Source of the DNA: Nitrospirota bacterium
GTDB lineage: Bacteria > Nitrospirota > UBA9217
NCBI GenBank assembly: GCA_963796285.1
Contig: CAWCKW010000013.1
Coordinates: forward strand, 96,001 to 160,000
Reading direction: 5' to 3'
DNA length: 64,000 nucleotides
This document shows positions 53,297-63,032 of this stretch, in pieces. A model generated the notes under the pieces. The model saw nothing but the letters and a program-made list of their open reading frames with translations, was not told the DNA's origin and ran no database searches. Position 1 is the first letter of the stretch; the number at the start of each line of letters is the position of its first letter. The translations under genes and the position numbers were made by a program.

Positions 53297-54268
53297 TTAT
53301 ATCTTGATTCTTATTATCTTTCTTATAAACATGAAGCCTACGAACTGCAGGACCAATGCGCCGGCAATAAGATATTTGCCCGCCGTCTCCTTAAAAAGGA
53401 TGCTGATATAATCAGGATTCAGCACATGGATAACCACCACCAAAAAAATCGGGAGGGCACCCAGGATATATCCCGACAAACGTCCTTGCGCGGAAAATAC
53501 CCGCACCTGCCTCTTCAATTTCAGTCTTTCCTTGATAAGCAGGGAAAGGTTTTTCAAGATCTCCACCAGGTTGCCCCCGGTCACCCTCTGGATATTTACA
53601 GCCGTTACGAAGAACATCAAATCCATGCTATCAATCCGGTAAATCATCCGCCTCAGGGCGTCATAGTGGCTGAGACCCAAAGCCTGTTCGTCGATGGCTG
53701 TGTTAAAGATCGTACTAACGGGATCTGATGACTCCTGGGCCGCGTATTGCATCGCAGAGGTAAACGAGTGGCCTGCATCGAGCGATCTGGCAATAGTAGT
53801 AAGGGTGTCTGGAAACTGCTCCTCAAATTTTATGATCCTTTGCTGTTTGCGCCAATGAATATAGAAGTACGGCGTCGCGGCCAGAAAGAGGCACAAAGCA
53901 ATGGCGAAGAAAAGCCCTCTGTTGATCAGGATGCCGGCAAGTAAACCGGTCATGCCGATGGTAAGGGTGAGTAAGAGCAATTGCCCCACCTTTATTTGCA
54001 CGTTTGCCTGCTCAATAAGGACGGCGATTTTCTCCATGATCGGGATTTTATACAGTACTTTGTTCAGCGCGGGTATCTCGCTCAACAACTCATCACGCAG
54101 AAGCCCCGGCATTCTCATGCTGCCGGGGTGACTAACCTCCATATTCGCCAGCCTCGCCTTTATCACGGCCCTGGACGACTGCCTGAGTCCGCCGAGCATC
54201 AGATACAGTGAGATAATGCCTGATATAATTGCCATAAAAGCAAGAAGTACTATCAAAACGATATGCAT
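53297..54268 (-). CDS. tadB: Tad inner-membrane platform TadB
   Basis: FEEQFPD, RSLDAGHS, TGGNLVEIL, SAQGRLS. Confidence 0.93.
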   Translation of the reverse strand: MHIVLIVLLAFMAIISGIISLYLMLGGLRQSSRAVIKARLANMEVSHPGSMRMPGLLRDELLSEIPALNKVLYKIPIMEKIAVLIEQANVQIKVGQLLLLTLTIGMTGLLAGILINRGLFFAIALCLFLAATPYFYIHWRKQQRIIKFEEQFPDTLTTIARSLDAGHSFTSAMQYAAQESSDPVSTIFNTAIDEQALGLSHYDALRRMIYRIDSMDLMFFVTAVNIQRVTGGNLVEILKNLSLLIKERLKLKRQVRVFSAQGRLSGYILGALPIFLVVVIHVLNPDYISILFKETAGKYLIAGALVLQFVGFMFIRKIIRIKI

Positions 54269-54372
54269 GGGAACCTCATATATTACTTTTTCCGCTCTCC
54301 CTGAGAGAAGAAAGGCGGAATTTTTTGGTGACTACCGACTTTTTACGAGTTTATCAATTTTGACCTCGGCAG

Positions 54373-55740
54373 TTACAATATTGGCGTTATCTCGAAGGTT
54401 CTGGGAGAGAGATGCACCCCTGCCTGTTCCAATCTCTCTGCAAACTTGGGCCAGATCCCGTTCGCCTTGAACTGACCCAGGACCTTCCCGTCTTCATCGA
54501 CGCCGGATATACCGAAGTGGAAGATCTCCTGCATTGCTATGATGTCCCCCTCCATGCCTACTATCTCTGAAATACCGATGACCTTCCTGGTCCCATCGCT
54601 AAGCCTCGCAAGTTGTATCACGATGCTTATCGCCGAAGCGATCTGCTCCCGTATGGCCCTCTGCGGAAGGTCCATCCCTGCCATCAGCACCATGGTCTCC
54701 ACACGGGAGAGGGCGTCTCGCGGGCTGTTTGCGTGGACCGTGGTGATGGACCCGTCATGACCGGTATTCATGGCCTGCAACATGTCCAGTGCCTCTTCAC
54801 CCCTGACCTCGCCCACAATGATCCTGTCGGGCCTCATCCTGAGCGCGTTTTTAACGAGATTTCTCTGGGTTACCTCTCCCCTTCCCTCTATGTTGGGCGG
54901 CCTCGTCTCAAGCCTGACCACGTGATCCTGCTTAAGATGCAATTCCGCGGAGTCTTCAATGGTCACGACCCTCTCCCTGCCCGGGATGGACTCGGACAGG
55001 ACATTGAGCAAGGTTGTCTTGCCGCTTCCTGTCCCACCGGATATGATGATGTTGACCCTGGCCTTTACGGCGCCTTGCAGCACCTCGATCGCCTGGAGAT
55101 TCAGGCTCCCCAGGGCTAGAAGGTCAATCATCTTCAAATATTCCTTGCCGAACCGACGTATGGAAATAGCGGGGCCGTCCAGGGCAATGGGCGGTATGAT
55201 GGCGTTGACCCTCGACCCGTCGGGCAGCCGCGCGTCAACGTAAGGGGACGCCTCATCGATCCTCCTGCCGACCTTGGATATGATCCGGTCAATGATCTGC
55301 ATAAGGTGCGCGTCATTCCTGAACACAGTGTTCGTCTTTTCAAGCTTCCCGAACTTCTCTATGTATACCTGACCCGGGCCGTTCACGAGGATATCGGATA
55401 TGTCCATGTCGTGCAAGAGTGGTTCCAGCGGGCCGAGCCCCAGGGTTTCATGTAGAATCTCTATGAGCAGATGTTCCCTATCCGTCTCGCTCAAGGGGAC
55501 GCCCTCTTCTTTGATAAGGTCCTCGCTGATCAGCCTTATCTCCTCTTCGAGCTTGTCCCTTCCGATTTCGTTCAAGGCTGAAAGGTCCATCCTTTCCACC
55601 AGCTTACGGTGGATGTTTGCCTTCAGCTCCTGATAAGGGTCCAACTGGATGGACCGTCTCAAAATACTGGCGGCGTAACCCTGTTCCGGCCCGATGACTT
55701 CCGGCTTTTTAGTGCCCAACAGCCGATCTTTTAAACCCAT
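54373..55740 (-). CDS. tadA: Tad motor ATPase TadA/CpaF
   Basis: [52 protein letters not shown]. Confidence 0.97.
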   Translation of the reverse strand: MGLKDRLLGTKKPEVIGPEQGYAASILRRSIQLDPYQELKANIHRKLVERMDLSALNEIGRDKLEEEIRLISEDLIKEEGVPLSETDREHLLIEILHETLGLGPLEPLLHDMDISDILVNGPGQVYIEKFGKLEKTNTVFRNDAHLMQIIDRIISKVGRRIDEASPYVDARLPDGSRVNAIIPPIALDGPAISIRRFGKEYLKMIDLLALGSLNLQAIEVLQGAVKARVNIIISGGTGSGKTTLLNVLSESIPGRERVVTIEDSAELHLKQDHVVRLETRPPNIEGRGEVTQRNLVKNALRMRPDRIIVGEVRGEEALDMLQAMNTGHDGSITTVHANSPRDALSRVETMVLMAGMDLPQRAIREQIASAISIVIQLARLSDGTRKVIGISEIVGMEGDIIAMQEIFHFGISGVDEDGKVLGQFKANGIWPKFAERLEQAGVHLSPRTFEITPIL

Positions 55741-55870
55741 GTATGTTCCTCCTCACCTTGTTTCCAAGGGGTGTAAAACAGAGAGTTCGTCCTGTTAGCT
55801 GATCAGAATAACTCATCCGAGAAATTAAATTTAATACAAACGAAATACTGATTGTTACATTTCGATGAGT

Positions 55871-55917
55871 CCCCCTCGCCCTACCCTCTCCTCTGGGGAG
55901 AGGGCAATGGTGAGGGG
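55871..55917. repeat. REP-like palindrome CCCCTC...CCCTCTCC/GGAGAGGG...GAGGGG
   Basis: Nested inverted repeat between tadZ and tadA. Confidence 0.65.
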
Positions 55918-55940
55918 CATGAATGTATCAAATGTTAAAT

Positions 55941-57167
55941 TTAATCTTTTTGCAATAACCTCTTGAGCAAAGATTTTTTTTCTTCTTTTTTTTCCTTTTC
56001 TTCTGTTGAGCACTCAGCGTAAAACGTCTTGTTTATGCCCCTGACGATGTTCTCCATGCTTTTCGTTATATTGGACGATGGCACAAGGGTCACCAGCGGG
56101 ATGCCCCGGTTGATGGAGGTGACCACGTTCTGGTATTCGTTCGGGATCAGCCACGAGATTGGATATTGCAGCGTGTCCTGGGCATAATCCGCCTTGATGT
56201 CCTCGTTTGCCCCATACCTGTTTATAAGCAGCCGAACCTTGTCTTGTCCATAACCCAGGTCACGAAAAACCTGAAGGCTCTTCTGAATATTACGGATGGC
56301 AGGGAGGGTCAAAACCCCTACCAGCAATATCATGTCGGCAATATCCATGACGGTCAGGAACCGTTCATCAAAAGAATATCCTCCGTCCACAATGACATAA
56401 CCTCCCATTCCTTTCAGCAAGTGAAGAACCGATTTTATCTTCGGCGCGGTGATCTCTTCCACATCTGCGACATTCTTCGGCTCGGCAAGCACGTAAATGC
56501 CCGATTCATGCCGGCACATTGCGCCTTTTACGTAATTGGCGTCGATCCCGTTCACGTTTCGCGCGACATCCGCTATGGTATAGCTCGGTTTTATGTTGAG
56601 GAAGGTCGAGACGTCCCCGCCCTGCAGATCCAGGTCCACGATCATTACGGGTCTCTTTTTATCCCGCGCCATTAAGGCCGCCAGGTTCACCGCGACCGTG
56701 GTTTTGCCGTACCCGTCCTTGCTGCCCAAGACAGCGATTATCTTCCCCTCCTCCGCCCCGGCCAGAGGGGCTGACCTTCTAGACATGGCCTGCATGGTCA
56801 CCTTCTCGATGGCCCTCGCAAGTTCCTTCTTATTAATGGGTCTCAGCAGGTAATCATCGGCTCCCGCGCGCATCGCTTCAAGGATAATGTCAGAATCTTT
56901 TTGATCGCACGTAATAAAAACAGCGGTAAGAGGATATTTTTTCTTCACACCTGCAACAAAGGCCAGAATACTGGCTTTATCGGACAGCTTCATTTCCACA
57001 ATGACAAAAAGCGCAACAGTCGGCCTATACCGGGAAAGCATCGAGTCGCCCGTTTTCAAGTCCGATGCCTTCAAAATCTGTTCGATATCCATCTCCTTCA
57101 GATATCCCGCGATTATCTCCATAGACTCGGTTTCCCGGTCGATTATCAACGCTGACAGATGAGACAT
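55941..57167 (-). CDS. cpaE: TadZ/CpaE (atypical receiver domain + MinD-like ATPase)
   Basis: EAMRAGADDYL receiver part; SKDGYGKTTVAVNLA, VDLDLQGGD. Confidence 0.9.
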   Translation of the reverse strand: MSHLSALIIDRETESMEIIAGYLKEMDIEQILKASDLKTGDSMLSRYRPTVALFVIVEMKLSDKASILAFVAGVKKKYPLTAVFITCDQKDSDIILEAMRAGADDYLLRPINKKELARAIEKVTMQAMSRRSAPLAGAEEGKIIAVLGSKDGYGKTTVAVNLAALMARDKKRPVMIVDLDLQGGDVSTFLNIKPSYTIADVARNVNGIDANYVKGAMCRHESGIYVLAEPKNVADVEEITAPKIKSVLHLLKGMGGYVIVDGGYSFDERFLTVMDIADMILLVGVLTLPAIRNIQKSLQVFRDLGYGQDKVRLLINRYGANEDIKADYAQDTLQYPISWLIPNEYQNVVTSINRGIPLVTLVPSSNITKSMENIVRGINKTFYAECSTEEKEKKEEKKSLLKRLLQKD

Positions 57168-57303
57168 ATTTCCGAAGCTCCTTTTAAGTTCTTCCTAGCG
57201 TACCGAATTTGCTCGTTGAGCCCCACATGGGGGCCATCGAACTGTTCATGTCATTGCATCTTTTTTATCGGGTCCGCATTGCTTGACCCAGGCTACCGGC
57301 TTT

Positions 57304-58401
57304 TTATTGGACCAGTACTGATTTCCAGCCTGACATTCCACCCGAAGCCGCGCAACTGGCGCACGTTACCCGATCAATAACAATGACATTATTAGGGTAA
57401 CCTGCACATGCACCGGCGGGCGCCGAATATCCTCTGCAAATAGACCCTCCTCCGCCTCCTTGAGCACATATTGCTATTATTCGAATTTGCGCATAACCAA
57501 TTACTGGTTGCGGATCAGGCTGAGTACCAGGAGGGCAAACTGCGGTATAAGGAACCGTAACCCACCAATAGGGATATCCGGTCGATTCATGTATTCCTTT
57601 CATGTTGCTTTCGTATGTTGGATCATACATTGCAGCCTCAAGATTTCTTAGTACGCTCGTTGGACCTCCCATCGTTGTAAATATAGAATTTCCACAACTG
57701 TCAGCAAATGGTGCCTCCCCACAGATATAAGCAATTAGACCATTGGCATTCGTTGACTGATCATTTAGTGAAGTCCACGCGTAGTTAGAAGTTCCGGTAG
57801 GTCCGGTGTCCAGAACTCTGGGTGGGTTTAATTCAGCAACAATAGGAAAGACACTTGCCGTGGGCGTAGGCGCGTTACACAAATCCGCGCAAAAAGATAT
57901 GTATCCGCTCGATCGTGCGGGTCTTGCCGCGATCGCGTAAGTGTTTATGTTTTGTTTTGTTGTGTCGAATATCTTGCCAAAAATCCTCGGGAAACCAGCG
58001 GTATCATTATCTGTACTTCGCGCTTTTACCTGCACGGCATTTACGGGCGTTACTCCAGGGGAATACGTATTTGTGGCCCAAGAACCAACAGTAATATTAT
58101 TGTTTTCGGATAGGGCATTGCTGCCGTCACTACTTAGATGAACCGGGCTTCCAGACGCCGTGTTTAATCCGGCGTACGTGACAGCCTCAGTCCGTGCATC
58201 TGTTTGAGTTAGATCGCTAGTCCCATTGAGCTTGATAGCCCCCGCCAATGCCGCGGCATCCGCCGCGCCCTGGAGCTGGTTCTTTGTGTGATAGAAGTAA
58301 CCGAGATCAATAGCAAGAGCGGCAAAGCCCAGCAAGACAACCAGGGAAATGGCCACAAGGACAAGTATCTGACCTCTATTGTTTTTACTTGAATCAACCA
58401 T
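57304..58401 (-). CDS. tadG: TadG-like pseudopilin/adhesin with Cys-rich C-terminus
   Basis: RGQILVLVAISL, LAIDLG, LQGAADAAALAGA. Confidence 0.87.
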   Translation of the reverse strand: MVDSSKNNRGQILVLVAISLVVLLGFAALAIDLGYFYHTKNQLQGAADAAALAGAIKLNGTSDLTQTDARTEAVTYAGLNTASGSPVHLSSDGSNALSENNNITVGSWATNTYSPGVTPVNAVQVKARSTDNDTAGFPRIFGKIFDTTKQNINTYAIAARPARSSGYISFCADLCNAPTPTASVFPIVAELNPPRVLDTGPTGTSNYAWTSLNDQSTNANGLIAYICGEAPFADSCGNSIFTTMGGPTSVLRNLEAAMYDPTYESNMKGIHESTGYPYWWVTVPYTAVCPPGTQPDPQPVIGYAQIRIIAICAQGGGGGSICRGYSAPAGACAGYPNNVIVIDRVTCASCAASGGMSGWKSVLVQ

Positions 58402-58464
58402 GTTATATCCCTCCTTCTCGAAGAGAAGAGAGCGAGCAACCACAAAGGTTGTCCGTGCATTATT

Positions 58465-59705
58465 CTACTTTCTTCGTTTCCTCTTTTTTTATCTTCCTTT
58501 ACCACTCCTTCACTCATGTCAGGCATCAAAGGTATCCAGCGCACTCTGTCCTCCTCACCGGGGGTTATGGTTGTCATCGCCTTAAGGTCCGGTGCCTCAC
58601 CCTTGGCAATGGGTTTCTTGAGAAGCGGGGTGATGATCACTATCAGCTCTGTCTCCTTGTTCTGAAAGTTTTTGCTCCTGAAAAGGGCTCCGAGTATCGG
58701 TATGTCCCCGAGTATCGGGAACTTGGATATGGCCCTGCTGGCCTCGCTCGAGATAAGTCCCGAAAGGATCAGGCTTTCACCCTCTTTCAGGTCTACTACG
58801 GTGCTGGTGGAACGCTTATTTATTATCGGGAACTGTCCTTGTGACAGGATAGTCGGGGTTGATGGATCAACGGTACTCACCTCCACAGGATCGATCTTAA
58901 GGCTTATAAAACCGTCCTTGAGGAGTATAGGCGCAAACTCAAGCTTTATCCCGACCTCCTCGAACTGGACAGTGGCTGTGCTTCCGCCGGTAGTGCCGAT
59001 AGTTGTCGTAACAAAAGGTATCTTCTGGCCGGCAACAAACTTACCCCTTTCCCCGCTCTTAACCACCAGATTCGGTTCTGCCAGGGTCTTGGAGAGCCCC
59101 TTCTTGTCCAATGCCTTTATCATGGCACTAATGTTTTGTGGGACTTGGACCAGGGCCGCCGTTACATCGGAGCCGAGAGTAAGTCCAGGGGCCATCGCAG
59201 TTCCGGCCGGCGCTGCAAAACTTCCACCGGCATAGCTCGCCCCTCCCCACTCCTTGCCCAGGGAGCTGAAGTTTATGCCGAGATCTCTCAGTGCAGACCT
59301 GCCTACCTCGGCCACCTTCACCTGGAGCATGATCTGCTGGTGCTGGTGGGCGGCTACGTCCAGATTAAAGAAGGTATACTGATCCGTTGCATCCCATACT
59401 ATGAGATTTGTAATGCCGGGGTTTTTCCCGATTATCAGCAATTGCCTGGGGGTCATCGTCCTGATATCGGCTATGTCACTGTTGCCGACTGCAACTTTGC
59501 TTATATTGTAGCCTACGGTCAGGACCTGGGACTGCCCTGTTTCCACGGCCACATTTACAGCCGGGGCTTCGGCCAGTGACTGCCCGGAGAACAAGATCAC
59601 TATCGCCCCTGTCGAGAAAATTGTTTTCAGCCACCCGGCACGATTAAACCGTTGCCTAACTGCCATGATCCTTCCAGCTATAATCAAGAAGTTTTTATGT
59701 TTCAT
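58465..59705 (-). CDS. rcpA: Tad secretin RcpA/CpaC (3' end probably frameshifted; ORF track extends it to 58209)
   Basis: VAVGNSDIAD, QIMLQVKVAEV, LAEPNL, PILGDIPILGALFRS, ETELIVIITP. Confidence 0.9.
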
Positions 59706-60598
59706 TTTGTCACCTCTCTTTTATTCCACATGCCGCCTTCTTCAGTAAAGCTGTCTTCGCTCTTTTTGGTCTCGCCTTTGCTGCCTTTTATCACGGTTAT
59801 GGTCAAGTTTTCGTTTTCTCTGATTGGTGCGGCTTCTCTGACTCGTACAGGGCGAGATCTTACAACAGTGGCGACCGTTCCGCTGCCGCTGAGCAGGTTG
59901 GCAGTCGAGGCCCCTCTTGTTGATGCAGGGGCATTATCCTTTGCGCCGCGTAAAAGGAGTTGAAGGGTGCCGACGTTACTGGCCAGGGCGAGCTTTTCCG
60001 CCTCCTCCGGCGTAATGGAAACAGTTACGGTCGGGACCTGAATGGCCTTCCCATCTTTTTCCTCCATTTTCTGACCCACGGCCAGTATCCTCAGGTTCTG
60101 AAGGACGATCTTGCTTATGCGCTCTCCCTTGGGTGGTGTGGTAGTAACGATAACATCAACCGTACTGTTTGGAAGGACGAAACCCGCCACTCCGGCCACG
60201 TCGTTTACCGCAACCGCCATGGCCCGGTGGCCTTCCGGAATGATGTATGCCATGACGCCTGACTTGGAATCGCTGGAAACAAGCTTTGCCTCCATCAAAG
60301 GCTCTCCTGCGACGATATTGTTCACAACAGTCCTTCCGACCAGCACACCCGGGTCCTGGAAGGTCCCTGGTGGGACGTTAGCCCTGGGCCATAGGACTTT
60401 TTTTAATTGTCTCTGCTCAATAGTTGAACCCAGGGGGATATTTTCAGCCGCCGCCACAACCTCGATCATGTTTACCTTCGCCCTCTCCACCTCCTGCTGC
60501 TTGGACTGAAGATAACTCCAGATAGAAAAAGTAGCTACGCCGGCCAGCAAAACAGCCACGATCAGCAATATGATTACCATCTTTCGTCTTTCCATCAC
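59702..60598 (-). CDS. cpaB: RcpC/CpaB
   Basis: SAF domain, IPEGHRAMAV, VAGFVLP..VDV, LQNLRILAVGQ, EAEKLALA. Confidence 0.94.
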   Translation of the reverse strand: MMERRKMVIILLIVAVLLAGVATFSIWSYLQSKQQEVERAKVNMIEVVAAAENIPLGSTIEQRQLKKVLWPRANVPPGTFQDPGVLVGRTVVNNIVAGEPLMEAKLVSSDSKSGVMAYIIPEGHRAMAVAVNDVAGVAGFVLPNSTVDVIVTTTPPKGERISKIVLQNLRILAVGQKMEEKDGKAIQVPTVTVSITPEEAEKLALASNVGTLQLLLRGAKDNAPASTRGASTANLLSGSGTVATVVRSRPVRVREAAPIRENENLTITVIKGSKGETKKSEDSFTEEGGMWNKREVTK

Positions 60599-60639
60599 GT
60601 CCCCCTTGATAAAAGTTCTGTTGTAGAGTTCAATTCAGA

Positions 60640-61141
60640 TGATTTTACTACTCCAAACGATACGTTGCGGTCCTTGGTATAATAATATTATTCAATGCTC
60701 ACTGGGATGAGGCTACATCCGAACTATGACTAACAGGTTGGAAATGTTTCACGTGGCAGTTGCAGTTACTGATGTTTGGACAGTGGCGGAGTAGTAGCGA
60801 TCCACAGCCGACCGGACTACCCAGAATCATCATTACAAGTAACACGAGTCGACATTGTTATCGTCATGTTGCCCTCTTACTGTGCCGTAGCCATCCGCTG
60901 AATTCTAAAGAGTGTACGCGTCAGTAGTATGCTTCAGCAACAGACTCGCTTCACCGTCTTTACGGCATAGGTCCTCGCCGCAAGGTTTGCATACCTCCTT
61001 AAGCAAATCCGCATGGTACCATGCCCTACCGAATTCCGTGATGCCGAAAAGCACAGGGATCAACACAAATACGGCTACCATGGCGAATTCCACCGTGTTC
61101 TGACCCTTTTCATTTTTCAATTTTGAGAGTATGTTTTTCAT
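60640..61141 (-). CDS. tadE: TadE-like pseudopilin (frameshifted; 3' end approximate)
   Basis: KGQNTVEFAMV...FGITEFG. Confidence 0.75.
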
Positions 61142-61185
61142 GTCCGGCTCCGATATTAACTCGTCGTAGTGACCAAACAGCGTTG

Positions 61186-61701
61186 TTACCTCATCTCCAG
61201 GAGCAGGCATGCCGCAGCCCCTGCTGAGATGGCGATCGCATAGGGAATCTTTTCCTTCCTCGCATACTCCGGAATTTCCAGAGCTGACCAGTTCCGGGTA
61301 TAGTAAGCGGTCCTCACCGAAGCTCCTAATGTTCTCATATCGGCCCTTTTCATAACAAAGGCCATCCTAACGACCGCCATGAGCCCGCCTATTATTGCCA
61401 TTGCAAGGAATGTGATAAAGACGAACCACGGCCCCTTGACAGCGCCTATGGCACCCAGGAGCTTCACGTCTCCGGCCCCCATCCCTCCCGCGGCATACGG
61501 GAGATAGAGAAGGCCCATCCCGATTATGAGCCCTGCAATTGAAACCGAAAGCCCGGGAAAACCTCTTTCCATGAAAGCAATGAATATTCCTGCTGCTACG
61601 GTGGGAATGGTTATGATGTTTGGGACCTTTTTGAATTTATAGTCAATGATGGCTGATGTGATTAAAACAGCTATCAATATCGCATTCTCGTTTATTTTCA
61701 T
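61186..61701 (-). CDS. tadV: A24 prepilin peptidase TadV/CpaA
   Basis: IIDYKFKKVPN, GMGAGDVKL, IPYAIAI. Confidence 0.92.
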   Translation of the reverse strand: MKINENAILIAVLITSAIIDYKFKKVPNIITIPTVAAGIFIAFMERGFPGLSVSIAGLIIGMGLLYLPYAAGGMGAGDVKLLGAIGAVKGPWFVFITFLAMAIIGGLMAVVRMAFVMKRADMRTLGASVRTAYYTRNWSALEIPEYARKEKIPYAIAISAGAAACLLLEMR

Positions 61702-61766
61702 TGTCCGGACAGCACATTGCACCTGTTCCATGAGCTTGTTACATAGATCGTTTGTTAAGATATTCC

Positions 61767-61840
61767 GTCATTCTGAGCGCAGCGAAGAATTTCGTTGTTA
61801 AAATATTAATGAGCGACCTTTCGCTCCGCTCAGGGTGACA
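61767..61840. repeat. REP-like palindrome GTCATTCTGAGCGCAGCGAAG / TTCGCTCCGCTCAGGGTGAC
   Basis: Inverted repeat between flp and tadV. Confidence 0.7.
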
Positions 61841-61907
61841 AAAACTGGATGCGCAGAGTAAAGTCTTTTCACTTAGTGTAAACTCTCACCGAAACAATTA
61901 AAACATT

Positions 61908-61929
61908 GCCCCTGCCTCGCGGCAGGGGC
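61908..61929 (-). terminator. GC hairpin after flp1 (terminator or mRNA stabiliser)
   Basis: GCCCCTGCC-TCGC-GGCAGGGGC followed by AATGTTTT on the minus strand. Confidence 0.6.
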
Positions 61930-61945
61930 TTATCTGTTTATCTGT

Positions 61946-62122
61946 TTATCTGTTAAGTGCCGCTCCAATATTGTTATAGGTATTACCAACTCTCCCTCCC
62001 AAGAACTGCAGGGCAACTATCACGACTATCGCCACTAATGCGATAATAAGCGCATACTCCACCAGCCCCTGTCCCTCCTCATTCTTCATGAATCCACTCA
62101 CCCTATTCATTAATTTCTTCAT
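61946..62122 (-). CDS. flp: Flp pilin 1, 58 aa (not in ORF track)
   Basis: MKKLMNRVSGFMKNEEG/QGLVEYALIIALVAIVVIVALQFLGGRVGNTYNNIGAALNR; G|xxxxEY motif; SD GGAGGTG. Confidence 0.95.
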   Translation of the reverse strand: MKKLMNRVSGFMKNEEGQGLVEYALIIALVAIVVIVALQFLGGRVGNTYNNIGAALNR

Positions 62123-62298
62123 TCGTTTTCACCTCCCTTCTTTAATATAAAATAATTTGTTTTGCCGCCTCAATTATGCGAAGTGTTTAATTACAAACGT
62201 AAAATACGCCAACATATACTTTTATAAATAAAAATCAGTAATTGCGTCATGACATGAAAAATTGTAAATCTCAGAATTCTTATCCTGTCTCCGCACAA

Positions 62299-62478
62299 TT
62301 ATCTGTTAAGTGCCGCTCCAATATTGTTATAGGTATTACCAACTCTCCCACCCAGGAACCTCAGGGCAACTATCACGACAAGCGCCACTCTAAACCCAGA
62401 ATAAGCGCATACTCCACCAGCCCCTGTCCCTCCTCGCTCTTCCACCAACCCACTCACCCTATTCATTAATTTCTTCAT
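62299..62478 (-). CDS. flp: Flp pilin 2 (near-identical paralog; compensating indels scramble the EY region as assembled)
   Basis: Same N- and C-termini as flp1; GQGLVEYALILG is readable in a shifted frame. Confidence 0.85.
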   Translation of the reverse strand: MKKLMNRVSGLVEERGGTGAGGVCAYSGFRVALVVIVALRFLGGRVGNTYNNIGAALNR

Positions 62479-63032
62479 TCGAACCACCTCCCTATTTGAA
62501 TTTAACATACGTTATTTTGTCGACTCAATTACGCGAAGTGTCTAATTACAATATAAAAATACCCCTAACGTGTTCTTTTATAATGAAAATACTGATTGTT
62601 CTTGACAGGAAACCTCTGCAAATAGGGATGGCTAGACATACAATGCTATTATCTTTACATTTATTTGTCACTCTGTCAAGGTCCCCCTTGCACATACTTA
62701 TTTAATGCTTCTTAAGTGCAATCACTCTCTTCCCTGCCTTCACACCAAACTTAGTTTGTTTCAAACAGACAGCAGTGCTTATCCCTAATCTTGGATATTA
62801 GTATGGATAAAATTGTTACAAAAAAAGAGTAAACTCATTGATAATATCTGCAATTAAAGTGCTAGAAATTTCGGACCTGTTTAATTTCAAATACTTGAAT
62901 AATATTGAATTGGAGATGTAAGATTTTCTGACAAACTAAAAAATAAATAAATTCTTTCTAATCAATTAGATATATAAAAACATGTGAAAAATAAAATTAT
63001 CATTCGATAAATGCAAAATTATCAAAATTGCA

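Noticed and set aside
58209-58465. Hydrophobic C-terminal extension of RcpA overlapping tadG
   Set aside because: An out-of-frame reading of the tadG start, probably caused by an indel near the A/T run at ~58485
62600-62640. Sigma54 promoter upstream of flp
   Set aside because: TAGCCATCCCTATTTGC lacks the invariant GG at the correct spacing
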